Numbered from the stretch's first letter, positions 24,459-36,010 are shown. The stretch: 64,000 nucleotides of DNA from an uncultured Actinomycetota bacterium (GCA_963815595.1 CAWFHA010000007.1:1079121-1143120), one strand, 5' to 3'. A program made the numbers and translations. The notes: generated from the letters alone by a model not told the origin.

Positions 24459-25729
24459 GCGGTCCCGACGACCGCAGGGAACCGCTCCGGGTGGGCCACC
24501 GCCACGACCTCACCCACGACGATCACCGCCGGTGGCTGGACCCGGTGCTCGGCCAGGTCCTGGGCCAGCTCGCCCAGGGTGCTGAGCACGGTCCGCTCGG
24601 TCGGCATGGTGCCCTCGCACACGATCGCGACCGGCGTCCCCGCCCCCCGGCCGCCCCGGATGAGCACCTCGGCGATCAGCGGCGCGTTCTCCACGGCCAT
24701 CATCAGCACCAGCGTCCCGCGCAGGCTCGCCAGGGCTCCCCAGTGGACCAGGGAGTCCTCGTGGCCGGGCGGGAGATGGCCGGAGACGACCGTCAGGTCG
24801 TGGTTGACTCCGCGGTGGGTCACCGGGATGCCGGCGACCGCCGGGACCCCCAACGGGCTGCTGATGCCCGGGATCACGGTCACCGCGACGCCGGCGTTGC
24901 GACAGGCGATGACCTCCTCGTAGCCGCGGCCGAAGACGTAGCTGTCCCCACCCTTGAACCGGGCGACCCGCTTGCCGGCGAGGGCGGCCTCCACGATGAC
25001 GCGGTTGATCTCGTCCTGGTGCGTGAACCGACCTCGGGGGAGCTTGGCCACGTCCACGATCTCGGTGCTCGCGGGCAGCTCGGCCAGCAGCTCACGGGGT
25101 GCCAGCCGGTCGGCGACCACGACGTCGGCCTCCATCAGCGCCTTGCGGCCGGCCACGGAGACCAGCTCCGGGTCGCCGGGTCCGCCTCCCACGAGCACCA
25201 CGCCGGGAGCGGCCGTGCTGCTCTGCCGGGCCGTCAGCGAGCCCTCGCGGAGGCCGGTGACGATCTCGTCGCGCAGCGAGGCGTGCCGCCGGGGGTCCCG
25301 GTCGGCGGCCGACGTGGCCAGCACGGCCACCGTGTCCCCGGAATGCCGACCGACGGCGGGGGTGAACGCGGTGGCGGCGTACGCGTCGTCCGCACGTACG
25401 CAGAAGATCCGCTGCTCCTCGGCCAGGGCACCCACCCGGGCATTGACGGCACCGTCGTCGGTCGCCGCCATCACGTACCAGGCGCCGTCCAGGTCCGCGA
25501 CCTCGAAGCCGCGACGCTCCCAGCGGATCTCCCCCGAATGGGCCAGCCCCTCGATCGCCGGGGTGACCTCCGGGGAGACCAGCAGCACCTCCGCCCGCGC
25601 CGCGATCAGGGTCGGCACGCGACGCTGTGCGACGTTGCCACCGCCGACCACCAGGACCTTGCGCCCGGCCAGACGCAGACCGACCGGGTAGGTCGGCGGA
25701 TCGACATGGGGGCGGGGCGTGGGGTCCAC
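24455..25729 (-). CDS. cobA: Siroheme synthase-like fusion (precorrin-2 dehydrogenase + uroporphyrinogen-III C-methyltransferase)
   Basis: VVGGGNVA Rossmann motif; [31 protein letters not shown]. Confidence 0.88.
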   Translation of the reverse strand: MDPTPRPHVDPPTYPVGLRLAGRKVLVVGGGNVAQRRVPTLIAARAEVLLVSPEVTPAIEGLAHSGEIRWERRGFEVADLDGAWYVMAATDDGAVNARVGALAEEQRIFCVRADDAYAATAFTPAVGRHSGDTVAVLATSAADRDPRRHASLRDEIVTGLREGSLTARQSSTAAPGVVLVGGGPGDPELVSVAGRKALMEADVVVADRLAPRELLAELPASTEIVDVAKLPRGRFTHQDEINRVIVEAALAGKRVARFKGGDSYVFGRGYEEVIACRNAGVAVTVIPGISSPLGVPAVAGIPVTHRGVNHDLTVVSGHLPPGHEDSLVHWGALASLRGTLVLMMAVENAPLIAEVLIRGGRGAGTPVAIVCEGTMPTERTVLSTLGELAQDLAEHRVQPPAVIVVGEVVAVAHPERFPAVVGTA

Positions 25730-25836
25730 CCGACCATTGTGGCGACTCCGGGCGGGTGCGATCCGGGCGCTCCACCCAGCGGACAGGTCCGCACGCCAGG
25801 TTTGCTCGCGGCCGTCGGCAACCTATGTTCGGCGCC

Positions 25837-26364
25837 ATGAGTCTCGAGCGCCCCGTGCACCCCGATCCCTACGACCTGCTCCCCCGGGTTCCGTCGTTCA
25901 CGGTCACCAGCGAGGACGTCACCGACGGCAAGCCGTTGAAGGACGACCAGGTCAACGCGGGCGGTGACACCTCGCCGCAGCTGTCCTGGAGCGGCGCGCC
26001 GGAGGGGACCAGGAGCTTCACCGTCACCTGCTTCGACCCTGATGCCCCCACTCCGTCGGGCTTCTGGCACTGGGTGCTGGTCGACCTGCCGGCGGACGTC
26101 ACCTCGCTGGAGCCCGGCGCCGGAGCCGAGGACGCCGACCTGCCCGGCGGCGCATTCATGTGCCGCAACGACGGTGGGACCAAGGCGTTCATGGGGGCGG
26201 CACCGCCCGAGGGCGACCAGGTGCACCGCTACTACTTCGTGGTGCACGCCGTCACCGAGGAGAGCCTCGGCATGGACTCCGACGCCTCGCCGGCCGTGGT
26301 CAGCTTCAACCTGGCCTTCAAGACCGCGGGTCGCGCCATCCTGCAGGGCACCCACCAGGCCTGA
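25837..26364 (+). CDS. YbhB/YbcL (PEBP) family protein
   Basis: [34 protein letters not shown]. Confidence 0.9.
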   Translation: MSLERPVHPDPYDLLPRVPSFTVTSEDVTDGKPLKDDQVNAGGDTSPQLSWSGAPEGTRSFTVTCFDPDAPTPSGFWHWVLVDLPADVTSLEPGAGAEDADLPGGAFMCRNDGGTKAFMGAAPPEGDQVHRYYFVVHAVTEESLGMDSDASPAVVSFNLAFKTAGRAILQGTHQA

Positions 26365-26393
26365 GGATCGGGCCGCCACGCGCAGTCCCATTG

Positions 26394-26410
26394 TCTTGAC
26401 TGGTTCAAGA
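26394..26410. promoter_or_regulatory. FurA-like inverted repeat upstream of the monofunctional catalase
   Basis: TCTTGA-CTGGT-TCAAGA; 15/17 identical to the furA box. Confidence 0.7.
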
Positions 26411-26462
26411 ATGCGTGCTTGTGTCGAGATCGTCCCCCCGTCGAACCCCCAGGAGTGAGCCC

Positions 26463-28055
26463 ATGACCGACCTGCCCCAGCCGAACGACGGCACCTCGAT
26501 CGCCACCGCCCCGTCCTCCGAGGCGAGCGTGGGGTCGACCACGGACAACGGCGCCCCCGCGCCCAGCGACCGGAACTCGCTCACCCTGGGGGCCGACGGC
26601 CCGATCCTGCTCCACGACGTGCACTTCTTGAACCAGATGGCGCACTTCAACCGGGAGCGCATCCCCGAGCGCAACGTGCACGCCAAGGGCTCGGGCGCGT
26701 TCGGGGAGTTCGAGACCACCGAGGACGTCTCGCGCTACACCAAGGCGGCGCTGTTCCAGCCCGGTGTGAAGACCGAGATGCTGGCCCGGTTCTCCACGGT
26801 GGCCGGTGAGCAGGGCTCGCCCGACACGTGGCGCGACCCGCGCGGCTTCGCGCTGAAGTTCTACACCTCCGAGGGCAACTACGACCTGGTCGGCAACAAC
26901 ACCCCGATCTTCTTCATCCGCGACACGATGAAGTTCCCCCACTTCATCCGCTCGCAGAAGCGCCGCGGCGGCAACGGGCTGCGCGACAACAACATGCAGT
27001 GGGACTTCTGGAGCCTCAACCCCGAGTCGGCGCACCAGGTGACCTACCTGATGGGCGACCGCGGCATCCCCAAGACCTACCGGCACATGAACGGCTACGG
27101 CTCGCACACCTACCTCTGGGTCAACGAGGCCGGGGAGAAGCACTGGGTCAAGTACCACTTCCACAGCAACCAGGGCGTGGAGGGACTCACCGACGAGGAC
27201 GCCACCAGGATCGCCGGCGAGGACGCCGACTTCCACCGTCGCGACCTCTACGAGTCCATCGCGGCGGGCGACTTCCCCAGCTGGACGCTGTCGATCCAGG
27301 CGATGCCGTACGAGGACGCGAAGACCTACCGGATCAACCCGTTCGACCTCACGAAGATCTGGCCGCACGGTGACTACCCGCTGATCAAGGTCGGCACGAT
27401 GACGCTGAACCGGAACCCGGAGAACTTCTTCGCCCAGGTCGAGCAGGCGGCCTTCGAGCCCAGCGCCACGGTGCCGGGCATCGGCTTCAGCCCGGACAAG
27501 ATGCTGTTGGGCCGCACGTTCGCCTACTCCGACACCCACCGCTACCGGATCGGCCCCAACTACCTGCAGCTGCCGGTGAACCGGCCCCAGGTGGAGGTCA
27601 ACACCTACACCCAGGACGGCCCGATGGCCTTCGAGCACCGAGGCGACGACCCGGTCTACGCGCCGAACTCCTTCGGCCGCGGGTACGCCGACGAGGTCGG
27701 CGAGGTCACCGACGGGTGGGAGGCCGACGGCGCGATGGTGCGCCAGGCCTACACCCTGCGACCCGATGACGACGACTTCGCCCAGGCCGGCACGCTGGTC
27801 CGCGAGGTCTGGAACGACGAGCAGCGCGAGGCGTTCGTGAAGACCGTCGCCGGGCACCTGCTCGGCGGCGTCGAGGGTGACGTCCTCGAGCGGGCGTTCC
27901 AGTACTGGCACCACGTCGACGCCGACTGCGGGAAGAAGATCGAGGAGCTCGTCCGCGAGGGCGCCGACCTCGGCGCGCCGGGAGCTCAGCCGGGCGAGGC
28001 GGCCGCCGAGTCCGACGACCCGATCGTCGAGCCGGTCACCCACGCGCGGAGCTGA
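26463..28055 (+). CDS. katA: Monofunctional heme catalase (small-subunit type)
   Basis: [35 protein letters not shown]; GGAG RBS before ATG 26463. Confidence 0.95.
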   Translation: MTDLPQPNDGTSIATAPSSEASVGSTTDNGAPAPSDRNSLTLGADGPILLHDVHFLNQMAHFNRERIPERNVHAKGSGAFGEFETTEDVSRYTKAALFQPGVKTEMLARFSTVAGEQGSPDTWRDPRGFALKFYTSEGNYDLVGNNTPIFFIRDTMKFPHFIRSQKRRGGNGLRDNNMQWDFWSLNPESAHQVTYLMGDRGIPKTYRHMNGYGSHTYLWVNEAGEKHWVKYHFHSNQGVEGLTDEDATRIAGEDADFHRRDLYESIAAGDFPSWTLSIQAMPYEDAKTYRINPFDLTKIWPHGDYPLIKVGTMTLNRNPENFFAQVEQAAFEPSATVPGIGFSPDKMLLGRTFAYSDTHRYRIGPNYLQLPVNRPQVEVNTYTQDGPMAFEHRGDDPVYAPNSFGRGYADEVGEVTDGWEADGAMVRQAYTLRPDDDDFAQAGTLVREVWNDEQREAFVKTVAGHLLGGVEGDVLERAFQYWHHVDADCGKKIEELVREGADLGAPGAQPGEAAAESDDPIVEPVTHARS

Positions 28056-28106
28056 GGCGCCGTCCGGTCGGACAGGTGAGCGGGCGGGTCGTGGCAGGAT
28101 CGGCGC

Positions 28107-29078
28107 GTGCCCGACCGTGACACGACCGCCCCTGCCGGCTGGACCGACGACGTGCTCGGAGCGCCGTACCGCGCTCTGACGCTGCGGCTGCGGCCCGACG
28201 ACGAGGGCGAGGTCGTCGCCACGCTGGTGCACCGCCCGGCCGCGTCTGCGACCCGCCGGGCGGTGCTCCACGTCCACGGTTTCGCCGACTACTTCTTCCA
28301 CACCGAGCAGGCGGAGTTCTGGGCGGGGCGTGGCTACGACTTCTACGCGCTGGACCTGCGCAAGTACGGTCGCTCGCTGCGGCCCCACCAGACCCCCAAC
28401 TACGTCGCCGACCTCGCCAGCTACTACGAGGAGCTCGACGCGGCGTACGGGCTGATCGGCGAGGACCACGACGAGGTGGTGCTCTCCGCGCACTCCACCG
28501 GGGGGCTCACCGTGCCGCTGTGGCTGCACGACCGCGGGCTCCCCGCGGCCGGGGTGTTCCTCAACGCGCCGTGGATCGACATGCACGGCGACGCCTTCAC
28601 GCGGTTGCTGGCGCTGCCGCTGATCCACCGGCTCGGCGCCTTCTACCCGATGCGGGAGATCCCCCGGGAGGTCAGCGGCGTGTACTCCCACAGCCTGCAC
28701 CGCGAGCACAGCGGCGAGTGGGAGTACGACACCGCCTGGAAGCCGATGACCTCTTGGCCGGTGTACGCCGGCTGGATCCGCGCGATCCGTACCGGGCAGG
28801 GACGGATCGCCCGCGGGCTGACGGTGGACTCCCCCGTGCTCATGGTCAGCTCCGACCGGTCCTCGCACCCGACGTCGGTGGCCGACCCGGACGCCCTGCG
28901 CACCGACGTGGTGCTCGACGTCGAGCGGATGCGCCGCCGCGCGGTCGGGCTCTCCCGGCGCGTGACCATCGCCCAGGTGCCCGGCGCCCTGCACGACGTC
29001 GTCCTCTCCCCCGAGCCCGCCCGCTCCCGCGCCTACGCCGAGCTGGACCGCTGGCTCACGGCGTACGTCGAGCACTGA
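28107..29078 (+). CDS. Alpha/beta hydrolase (lysophospholipase-like)
   Basis: VHGFADYF, DLRKYGRS, AHSTGGL nucleophile elbow, GALHDV. Confidence 0.88.
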   Translation: MPDRDTTAPAGWTDDVLGAPYRALTLRLRPDDEGEVVATLVHRPAASATRRAVLHVHGFADYFFHTEQAEFWAGRGYDFYALDLRKYGRSLRPHQTPNYVADLASYYEELDAAYGLIGEDHDEVVLSAHSTGGLTVPLWLHDRGLPAAGVFLNAPWIDMHGDAFTRLLALPLIHRLGAFYPMREIPREVSGVYSHSLHREHSGEWEYDTAWKPMTSWPVYAGWIRAIRTGQGRIARGLTVDSPVLMVSSDRSSHPTSVADPDALRTDVVLDVERMRRRAVGLSRRVTIAQVPGALHDVVLSPEPARSRAYAELDRWLTAYVEH

Positions 29079-29139
29079 CCCCGGGACGTCATACGAGCTG
29101 GTTGTCGGAGCGACCAGCTCGTATGACGTCCGCGGGTCA
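29076..29139. terminator. Long inverted repeat filling a convergent intergenic gap (REP-like or bidirectional terminator)
   Basis: GGACGTCATACGAGCTGGT...ACCAGCTCGTATGACGTCC; stem extends to both TGA stop codons. Confidence 0.7.
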
Positions 29140-29940
29140 CAGGGGGAAGACGAAGAACGTGACCGCCACGAGGCCGACGACGACGATCACCGTGCGCAGG
29201 GCCACCGGGGGGAGGCGACGCCCGACCGTGGCGCCGAGCTGGCCGCCGATGACCGAGCCGACGGCGATCAGCCCGGCCGCCGGCCAGTTCACCACCGTGT
29301 CGGCGCCGGGCAGGCCGGGGATCTCCACCAGGTCGAGCACGATGAACGCCAGGGCGGCGATGGCGTTGACGATGAGGGCGAGCACGTTCTTGGTGGCGTT
29401 GTGCCGCTGCATCGAGTCGACCACCCCGATGCCCAGGATCGCCATCAGCAGCACACCCTGCGCGGCGCCGAAGTAGCCGCCGTACACGCCGGCCAGCAGC
29501 ACCGCGGGCCACACCCACCACACGCCGTGCTCGGCCACCCCACCCCGGCTCTCGGCCCGGGCAGCGACCCGGCGCTGGATCCGGGGACCCAGCACCACGA
29601 GCGCGCAGCCCAGCAGGATCAGCACCGGGACGATCGCGTCGAACGCCGCCGAGGGCAGCATCAGCAGGAGCAGCGCGCCCCCGATGCCGCCGACCAGCGA
29701 GGCCGCGCCCAACCGGACCAGGCGGCTGCGCTGGCCCCGGAGCTCGCGTCGGTAGCCGATCGCGCCGGACAGCGACCCGGGGGCGAGGCCGATGGTGTTG
29801 GAGATGTTCGCCGTCACCGGGGGGACGCCGAACGCGAGGAGGGTCGGGAACGTGACCAACGTCCCCGACCCCACCACGGTGTTGATGGTTCCGGCCGCGA
29901 CCCCGGCGAGCAGGATCGCGGTGATCTCACCGAGACTCAC
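29137..29940 (-). CDS. TauE/SafE-family membrane protein
   Basis: INTVVGSGTLVTFP, GVYGGYFGAAQG; multi-TM. Confidence 0.9.
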   Translation of the reverse strand: MSLGEITAILLAGVAAGTINTVVGSGTLVTFPTLLAFGVPPVTANISNTIGLAPGSLSGAIGYRRELRGQRSRLVRLGAASLVGGIGGALLLLMLPSAAFDAIVPVLILLGCALVVLGPRIQRRVAARAESRGGVAEHGVWWVWPAVLLAGVYGGYFGAAQGVLLMAILGIGVVDSMQRHNATKNVLALIVNAIAALAFIVLDLVEIPGLPGADTVVNWPAAGLIAVGSVIGGQLGATVGRRLPPVALRTVIVVVGLVAVTFFVFPL

Positions 29941-31064
29941 GAACTGGTGGGCGCCTCTCCCGTCGGGTCACCCGGGTCGGTGGGACCCGCGGACCCACCG
30001 GCGGTGGGCTCACCGCCCGCTGACCGGGCAGCGCCCTCGGCTGCGGCGATCGCCTTCTGGACCTCCTCGTGGGCACTGGAGAGCGTGCTCTCGGTGCTCG
30101 GTTCGATCGTGGGGGTGTCGATGCGCTTGCGGGGTCCGTCGACCTTCTTGGGGATCCCGGAGGCCTCGTGGACGGCGGAGCCGAGGCCCTCGAGCGCCTT
30201 GGTGATCTCCGAGGGCACCACCCACACCTTGTTGGCCGAGCCCTCGGCGATCTTCGGCATCATCTGGAGGTACTGGTAGGCAAGCAGGGCCTGGTCGGGC
30301 TGACCGTCGTGGATGGCCTGGAAGACCGTCTGGATCGCCTGTCCCTCGCCCTGGGCCTTGAGGATCGCGGCCTCCCTGTTGGCCTGGGCGCGCAGGATCA
30401 ACGACTCACGGTCACCTTCGGCGTTCAGGATCGCCGCCTGCTTGTTGCCCTCGGCGGTGAGGATGGCGGACTGACGCTGGCCCTCGGCGGTGAGGATGAC
30501 CGCGCGCTTGTCGCGGTCGGCGCGCATCTGCTTCTCCATCGAGTCCTTGATCGACGGTGGCGGGTCGATGCCCTTGATCTCGACCCGGCCGACCCGGATG
30601 CCCCAGCGGCCGGTCGCCTCGTCGAGCACCAGGGACAGCCCCCTGTTGATCTCCTCGCGCGAGGTGAGGGTCTGCTCCAGCGTCATGCCACCGACGATGT
30701 TGCGCAGCGTGGTCATGGTCAGCTGTTCGACCGCGGAGATGTAGTTGGCGATCTCGTAGGTCGCGGACACGGGGTCGGTCACCTGGAAGTAGATGACGGT
30801 GTCGATGGAGACCACCAGGTTGTCCTCGGTGATCACCGGCTGCGGTGGGAAGGAGACCACCTGCTCGCGGATGTCGATGACGTAGCGCACCCGGTCCACG
30901 AACGGGGTGACCACGTTGAGCCCCGGCTGCAGGGTGGTGCGGTACTTGCCGAACCTCTCGACGATCCCGGCGCGGGCCTGGGGAATGATCCGGATCGTCT
31001 TGGCGAGCACGAGCACGACGAAGACCAGAAACAGTCCGAACAGGATCAGAACTGCTGAACCCAT
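29937..31064 (-). CDS. SPFH/band-7 (stomatin-like) protein
   Basis: ERFGKY, QPVITEDN, LTSREEIN, RADRDKRA. Confidence 0.93.
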   Translation of the reverse strand: MGSAVLILFGLFLVFVVLVLAKTIRIIPQARAGIVERFGKYRTTLQPGLNVVTPFVDRVRYVIDIREQVVSFPPQPVITEDNLVVSIDTVIYFQVTDPVSATYEIANYISAVEQLTMTTLRNIVGGMTLEQTLTSREEINRGLSLVLDEATGRWGIRVGRVEIKGIDPPPSIKDSMEKQMRADRDKRAVILTAEGQRQSAILTAEGNKQAAILNAEGDRESLILRAQANREAAILKAQGEGQAIQTVFQAIHDGQPDQALLAYQYLQMMPKIAEGSANKVWVVPSEITKALEGLGSAVHEASGIPKKVDGPRKRIDTPTIEPSTESTLSSAHEEVQKAIAAAEGAARSAGGEPTAGGSAGPTDPGDPTGEAPTSS

Positions 31065-31100
31065 CGCGATCTCTCCTTCTTTGCAGTTGGTGCCCGAGCC

Positions 31101-31562
31101 TCAGGGCTCGAGCCGGTGGACGCGCAGGACGTAGGCCGTGGCGCCCTTGATCTGGACCACGTCGACGAGCTCCCCGACCTCGATGAGGTCGTCCTCGTCG
31201 TAGGGCTCCGCCGTCCACTCCTCGCCGCCGATCTTCACCCGGCCCGGCGTCCCGTGGGCCAGCTCGCGCAGCACGGTGGCGCGCTTGCCGATCAGGGCGT
31301 CGGCGCCGATGCGCAGGGTGGGGCCTCCGTGGAGGCGGCGGACGACGTTGGGCCTGATGACACCGAGCAGGCCCACGGCCGAGATCAGGGCGAGCACGAG
31401 CTGGAGCGGGAGCGGACCGCCGAGGGCGGCGGTGCCGGCACCCACCAGGGCGCCGCCCGCCAGCATGATCAGGAACAGGTCGAGGCTGATCAGCTCCAGC
31501 GCGGCCAGCCCGACCCCCAGGGCGAGCCAGGCCGCCCACAGGTGATCGCTGAGCCACTCCAT
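31101..31562 (-). CDS. NfeD-family protein
   Basis: N-terminal TM helices, GRVKIGGEEW OB-fold; adjacent to SPFH. Confidence 0.9.
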   Translation of the reverse strand: MEWLSDHLWAAWLALGVGLAALELISLDLFLIMLAGGALVGAGTAALGGPLPLQLVLALISAVGLLGVIRPNVVRRLHGGPTLRIGADALIGKRATVLRELAHGTPGRVKIGGEEWTAEPYDEDDLIEVGELVDVVQIKGATAYVLRVHRLEP

Positions 31563-31605
31563 GTCGCGACCCTATCCAACGGGTCCGCACGATCCGGGGC
31601 TCCGG

Positions 31606-32403
31606 CTACGCGTGCCGCCGGGGCATCCGACGCGCCGTGTAGCGGCCGTCCTGCTCGCTCAGGGCCAGGCGCATGCCGAAGGCCTCGGAGAGCCGCTCGT
31701 CGGTCAGCACCTCGGGGATCGGGCCGGCCGCGACCACCCGTCCCTCGCGCAGCAGCAGGGCGTGCGTGAAGCCGGGAGGGATCTCCTCGACGTGGTGGGA
31801 GACCAGGACCGTGGCGGGCGAGTACTCGTCCAGGGCCAGCGCCGACAGGGTGGAGACGAGGTCCTCGCGGCCACCGAGGTCGAGCCCGGCAGCCGGCTCG
31901 TCGAGGATGAGCAGCTCGGGGTCGGTCATCAGCGCACGCGCGATCTGGACGCGCTTGCGCTCCCCCTCGCTGAGCGTGCCGAAGGTCCGGTCGAGCAGGG
32001 CGCCGGCCCCCACCTCGTGCAGGAGCGCGACGGCCCGGTCGTGGTCGAGCTCGTCGTAGTGCTCGCGCCAGCGGCCGACCACGCCGTACGACGCCGAGAC
32101 CACCACGTCGCGGACCAGCTCGTGTCGTGGGATGCGGTCCGCCACGGCGGCGCTGGTCCAGCCGACGCGCGGCCGCAGCTCGAAGACGTCGACCGTGCCC
32201 ACCACCTCACCGAGGATGCCGACCACGCCCGAGGTGGGATGGATCTGGGCCGAGCACAGCTGCATGAGCGTGGTCTTGCCCGCGCCGTTCGGTCCCAGGA
32301 CGACCCAGCGCTCGTCCTCCTCCACCGACCAGTCGACGCCATCGAGCAGCACGGCCGCGCCACGCCGGACCGTGACGTCGGCCAGCTCGAGAACGGCAGT
32401 CAT
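31606..32403 (-). CDS. ABC transporter ATP-binding protein (ModF-like, single NBD)
   Basis: GPNGAGKT, LSEGERKR, LILDEP. Confidence 0.88.
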   Translation of the reverse strand: MTAVLELADVTVRRGAAVLLDGVDWSVEEDERWVVLGPNGAGKTTLMQLCSAQIHPTSGVVGILGEVVGTVDVFELRPRVGWTSAAVADRIPRHELVRDVVVSASYGVVGRWREHYDELDHDRAVALLHEVGAGALLDRTFGTLSEGERKRVQIARALMTDPELLILDEPAAGLDLGGREDLVSTLSALALDEYSPATVLVSHHVEEIPPGFTHALLLREGRVVAAGPIPEVLTDERLSEAFGMRLALSEQDGRYTARRMPRRHA

Positions 32404-32470
32404 GGGCGCCAACCTAGCGGGCGCCCACCGAGCCCGGACGCCCCCCACCGGCAGGTCCTAGGCTCACCGG

Positions 32471-33172
32471 ATGACCTCCCTGCCGGCCTCGGCCGTCCTC
32501 GCGACGTGGCTCGACGCCGTGCACGCGGGCCGAGCCGGACCCGACGACCTGGCCACGACCGTGCGCGGTGACGACCCGCGCCACCTGGTCGTCGGCCTGC
32601 CCGGGCGGGAGGTCTGCGAGCTCCACGAGCTGCCGGCCGCTCTCGACGGTCCGGTCTCGCTCGCGCTGCCGGCACCCGGGGACCCGGTCGGTCTGGGTGG
32701 GCCCCCGGCCTTCAACCACGCGGCCCTGGAGGCCGGCGAGGCGGTGGTGGCCGCCGGCGTGGGCCTGGTGCCGGAGGAGGACGCGCGCACCGTCGTCTGG
32801 CGGGCGTACGCCGCCGGGCCCGTGCCCTGGGTCGACGAGCGGGAGTCCGCGATCGCGCTGCGCACCGCCCTGGTCGAGGTGACGCGACGCCTCGTCGACC
32901 TCGACGTCGCCTCCTGGCAGCCGGAGATCCCCGACCTGCTGATGAACCTGCGCGACCGACGCACGCTGGCCCTGCCGCCGGGCCTGGACGCGCGACGGGT
33001 CGAGACCGCCGAACGGGCGGTGCTGTGCCTCGACATCGTCGCCCTTGCCCTCGAGGGGGACGGCGGCTCGGTCACGACCACCGAGATCGCCGCCCGGCGT
33101 GCCGCCCTGGACGAGCTGGACCGCACGGCCCGGCGCGCCCTGGTCGGCGCCTGCTCGGGTCAGCACGGGTGA
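32471..33172 (+). CDS. Conserved actinobacterial hypothetical protein
   Basis: PGDPVGLGGPPAFNHAALEAGEAV motif; TAGGCT 6 nt before ATG. Confidence 0.65.
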   Translation: MTSLPASAVLATWLDAVHAGRAGPDDLATTVRGDDPRHLVVGLPGREVCELHELPAALDGPVSLALPAPGDPVGLGGPPAFNHAALEAGEAVVAAGVGLVPEEDARTVVWRAYAAGPVPWVDERESAIALRTALVEVTRRLVDLDVASWQPEIPDLLMNLRDRRTLALPPGLDARRVETAERAVLCLDIVALALEGDGGSVTTTEIAARRAALDELDRTARRALVGACSGQHG

Positions 33173-33200
33173 GGTCCCGCGGGACCGCTAACCTCGTGCC

Positions 33201-34427
33201 GTGATGGCCGAGACCGAGCGCGGGCAGCCGCAGACCCTGTTGATCACGCTCACCGGCAAGGACCGTCCCGGGGTGACGTCCCTGGTCTTCGACACCCTCG
33301 CCCGGTTCGGCGTCGAGGTCATCGACATCGAGCAGATCGTCCTGCGCCGGCGGCTGATCCTCGGCCTGCTGGTCGGCTCGCCGCGGGACTGGACCTCGCT
33401 GCGCGAGGCGATGCAGCAGGTCGCCGAGCAGCTGGACATGACCCTCGAGCTCGAGCGCGGGTCCGGGGACAACCGGCCCCGGCCCGAGGGGCGCAGCCAC
33501 GTCACCGTGCTCGGCACCCCGCTGCGGGCCACGTCGGTCGCGGCGGTGACCGGACGGATCGCCGACACCGGCGCCAACATCGACCGCATCGAGCGGATGG
33601 CGCGCTACCCGATCACGGCGATCGACCTGCACGTCTCCGGCGTGGACCCCGAGAAGCTGCGCGACATCCTCGCTCGCGAGGCCGCCGCCCAGGGCGTGGA
33701 CATCGCCGTCCAGCCGGCCAACCTGCTCCGCCGCGGGATGCGCCTGATCGTCATGGACGTCGACTCCACGCTGATCCAGGGCGAGGTGATCGAGATGCTC
33801 GCCGCCCGCGCGGGGTGCGAGGACGAGGTCGCGCGGGTGACCGAGCAGGCCATGCGTGGCGAGCTCGACTTCGCCGAGAGCCTGCTGCAGCGGGTGGCCC
33901 TGCTCGAGGGGCTCGAGGCGTCCGCGCTCGACGAGGTGTACGACGACCTGCTGCTCGCCCCGGGGGCTCGCACGACCGTGCGCGTCCTGCGCCGCCTCGG
34001 CTACCGCTTCGCCATGGTCAGCGGCGGCTTCACCCAGCTCACCGACCGCCTGGCCGCAGACCTCGGGATCGACTTCGCGCTGGCCAACGAGCTCGAGATC
34101 GTCGACGGACGGCTGACCGGGCGGGTGGTGGGCGGCATCGTGGACCGCGCCGCCAAGGCCGAGGCGCTGCGCCGCTTCGCCGCGGAGTGCGGGGTGCCGG
34201 TGCAGGCCACCATCGCCATCGGCGACGGCGCCAACGACCTCGACATGCTCAACACGGCCGGGCTGGGGATCGCCTTCAACGCCAAGCCGGTGGTGCAGGA
34301 GGCTGCGCACGCCTCGGTGAACGTGCCCTACATGGACGCGATCCTCTACCTGCTCGGCATCAGTCGCGAGGAGATCGTGGCCGCGGACGCCGAGGAGGGC
34401 GTCACCACACCCGAGCCTCCCCTGTGA
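33201..34427 (+). CDS. serB: Phosphoserine phosphatase with ACT domains
   Basis: GKDRPGVT ACT; MDVDSTL HAD motif I; SGGF; GDGANDLDM. Confidence 0.95.
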   Translation: MMAETERGQPQTLLITLTGKDRPGVTSLVFDTLARFGVEVIDIEQIVLRRRLILGLLVGSPRDWTSLREAMQQVAEQLDMTLELERGSGDNRPRPEGRSHVTVLGTPLRATSVAAVTGRIADTGANIDRIERMARYPITAIDLHVSGVDPEKLRDILAREAAAQGVDIAVQPANLLRRGMRLIVMDVDSTLIQGEVIEMLAARAGCEDEVARVTEQAMRGELDFAESLLQRVALLEGLEASALDEVYDDLLLAPGARTTVRVLRRLGYRFAMVSGGFTQLTDRLAADLGIDFALANELEIVDGRLTGRVVGGIVDRAAKAEALRRFAAECGVPVQATIAIGDGANDLDMLNTAGLGIAFNAKPVVQEAAHASVNVPYMDAILYLLGISREEIVAADAEEGVTTPEPPL

Positions 34428-34455
34428 GTGTCGGCGCCCCCGGGCGCGCCACCGC

Positions 34456-34992
34456 TCAGTCGTGCCCGGCGTGGAAGCCAGCGAGCCGGGCGGTGCCGGC
34501 GTCGAGGTCCGGCCACGCCACGTGCACGTCGAGCACGGCCATCGCGGAGGTCGGGAACCCGGCGGTCATCGACCGGAACGCCTCCGGGTCGGGGTCGCCG
34601 TCGTCGAGCAGGTGGGCCAGGGACGCCGCGGTGGGGTTGTGGCCGACGTACACCACCACCTCGCTGCCGCCGGGGACCGCCCGCAGCAGGTCCAGGACGT
34701 TGTCGGGACCCGCGGAGTAGACGGCGTCGCTCAGGTCGGGTGCGAGGTCGGTCCCGGCCGCCGAGGCGAGATGCGTCCACGTCTCCACCGCCCGGGTCGC
34801 GGAGGACACCAGGGCGTGGGTCGGGACCAGGTCGCGCTCGCGGAGCCACCGCCCCGCCGCCTCGGCCTCCCGCACGCCCCGGTCGGTGAGGCGTCGCCGG
34901 TGGTCCTCGGCCGCGAACGCCTCCGCCTTGGCGTGGCGCATGATCACCAGCACCCGTCGGGGCGACGAGGACGCGGGGGAAGGAGGGCTCAC
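34456..34992 (-). CDS. sixA: SixA-family phosphohistidine phosphatase
   Basis: IMRHAKAE, SSATRAVET, VGHNP. Confidence 0.85.
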   Translation of the reverse strand: MSPPSPASSSPRRVLVIMRHAKAEAFAAEDHRRRLTDRGVREAEAAGRWLRERDLVPTHALVSSATRAVETWTHLASAAGTDLAPDLSDAVYSAGPDNVLDLLRAVPGGSEVVVYVGHNPTAASLAHLLDDGDPDPEAFRSMTAGFPTSAMAVLDVHVAWPDLDAGTARLAGFHAGHD

Positions 34993-35026
34993 GGATGCCA
35001 ATGTCCCACCCCTTAGGCTTCCTGTC

Positions 35027-36010
35027 ATGCCAATGGGAGCCGACGGTCGCAGCGGGAGCGGCGGTGCGGGCGACCTGCTGGTCATCGGCGGCGCCGAGGA
35101 CAAGCTGGGCAAGCGCACCGTGCTGGGCGAGTTCGTGGCCCGGGCCGGTGGGTCCGAGGCACGGATCGCCGTCGTCCCCACCGCCTCCTCGCTGGGCCCG
35201 GAGATCGTCGAGGTCTACGAGGCCCTGTTCACCCGCCTGGGGGCGGCCGAGGTGTACGGCGTGCGCCCCGAGGACCGGGCCGCCGCGGCGGCGCCGGACC
35301 TCGTCGCCGAGCTGGACCGGGCCACCGGCATCTTCATGACCGGCGGCAACCAGCTCAAGCTGTCCACGGTGATCGCCGGCACCCCGTTCGGCGAGGCCAT
35401 CGTGCAGGCCCGGGACCGGGGCGTGACCGTGGGTGGCACGTCGGCCGGGGCCAGCATCCAGTCCTCGCACATGGTCGCCTTCGGACCCGGCGGGTCGACT
35501 CCCAAGCAGCGGATGACCCAGGTCGCCGCCGGTCTGGGGCTGGTGGAGAACTGCGTGATCGACCAGCACTTCGCCCAGCGCAACCGCTACGGACGGCTGC
35601 TGATGATCGTCGCGCAGAGCCCGCAGCTGCTGGGCATGGGCGTCGACGAGGACACGGCGGCGGTCATCTCCCGGTCCGAGGACCGGGACCTGCTGCACGT
35701 CGTCGGGCGCGGGTCGGTGACCCTGCTGGACGGCAGCCAGATGGTGACCAACGCGCACGAGGCCCGTGAGCGCCGGCCGATCCTGGCCTCGGGGGTGGTC
35801 CTGCACTCCCTGCCCGCGGGCGCCGGCTTCGACCTCACCTCCCGCACCCTGCTGCCACCCGCGGCCGAGCCCGACCCGTCCGAGGCCGACGAGCTGGCGC
35901 TAGCCGGTCGAGACCTGCGCAAGATGGCCCGGGACATCGCCGCCGGCGACGTCTCCCCCACGGCGCTGCGGCGCCGGATCGCCCGACGCACCAGAGGAGC
36001 TGCCCAGTGA
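35027..36010 (+). CDS. cphB: Cyanophycinase
   Basis: IGGAEDK, TGGNQ, GTSAGA (Ser), IDQHF (His), DEDTA; immediately upstream of cphA. Confidence 0.9.
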   Translation: MPMGADGRSGSGGAGDLLVIGGAEDKLGKRTVLGEFVARAGGSEARIAVVPTASSLGPEIVEVYEALFTRLGAAEVYGVRPEDRAAAAAPDLVAELDRATGIFMTGGNQLKLSTVIAGTPFGEAIVQARDRGVTVGGTSAGASIQSSHMVAFGPGGSTPKQRMTQVAAGLGLVENCVIDQHFAQRNRYGRLLMIVAQSPQLLGMGVDEDTAAVISRSEDRDLLHVVGRGSVTLLDGSQMVTNAHEARERRPILASGVVLHSLPAGAGFDLTSRTLLPPAAEPDPSEADELALAGRDLRKMARDIAAGDVSPTALRRRIARRTRGAAQ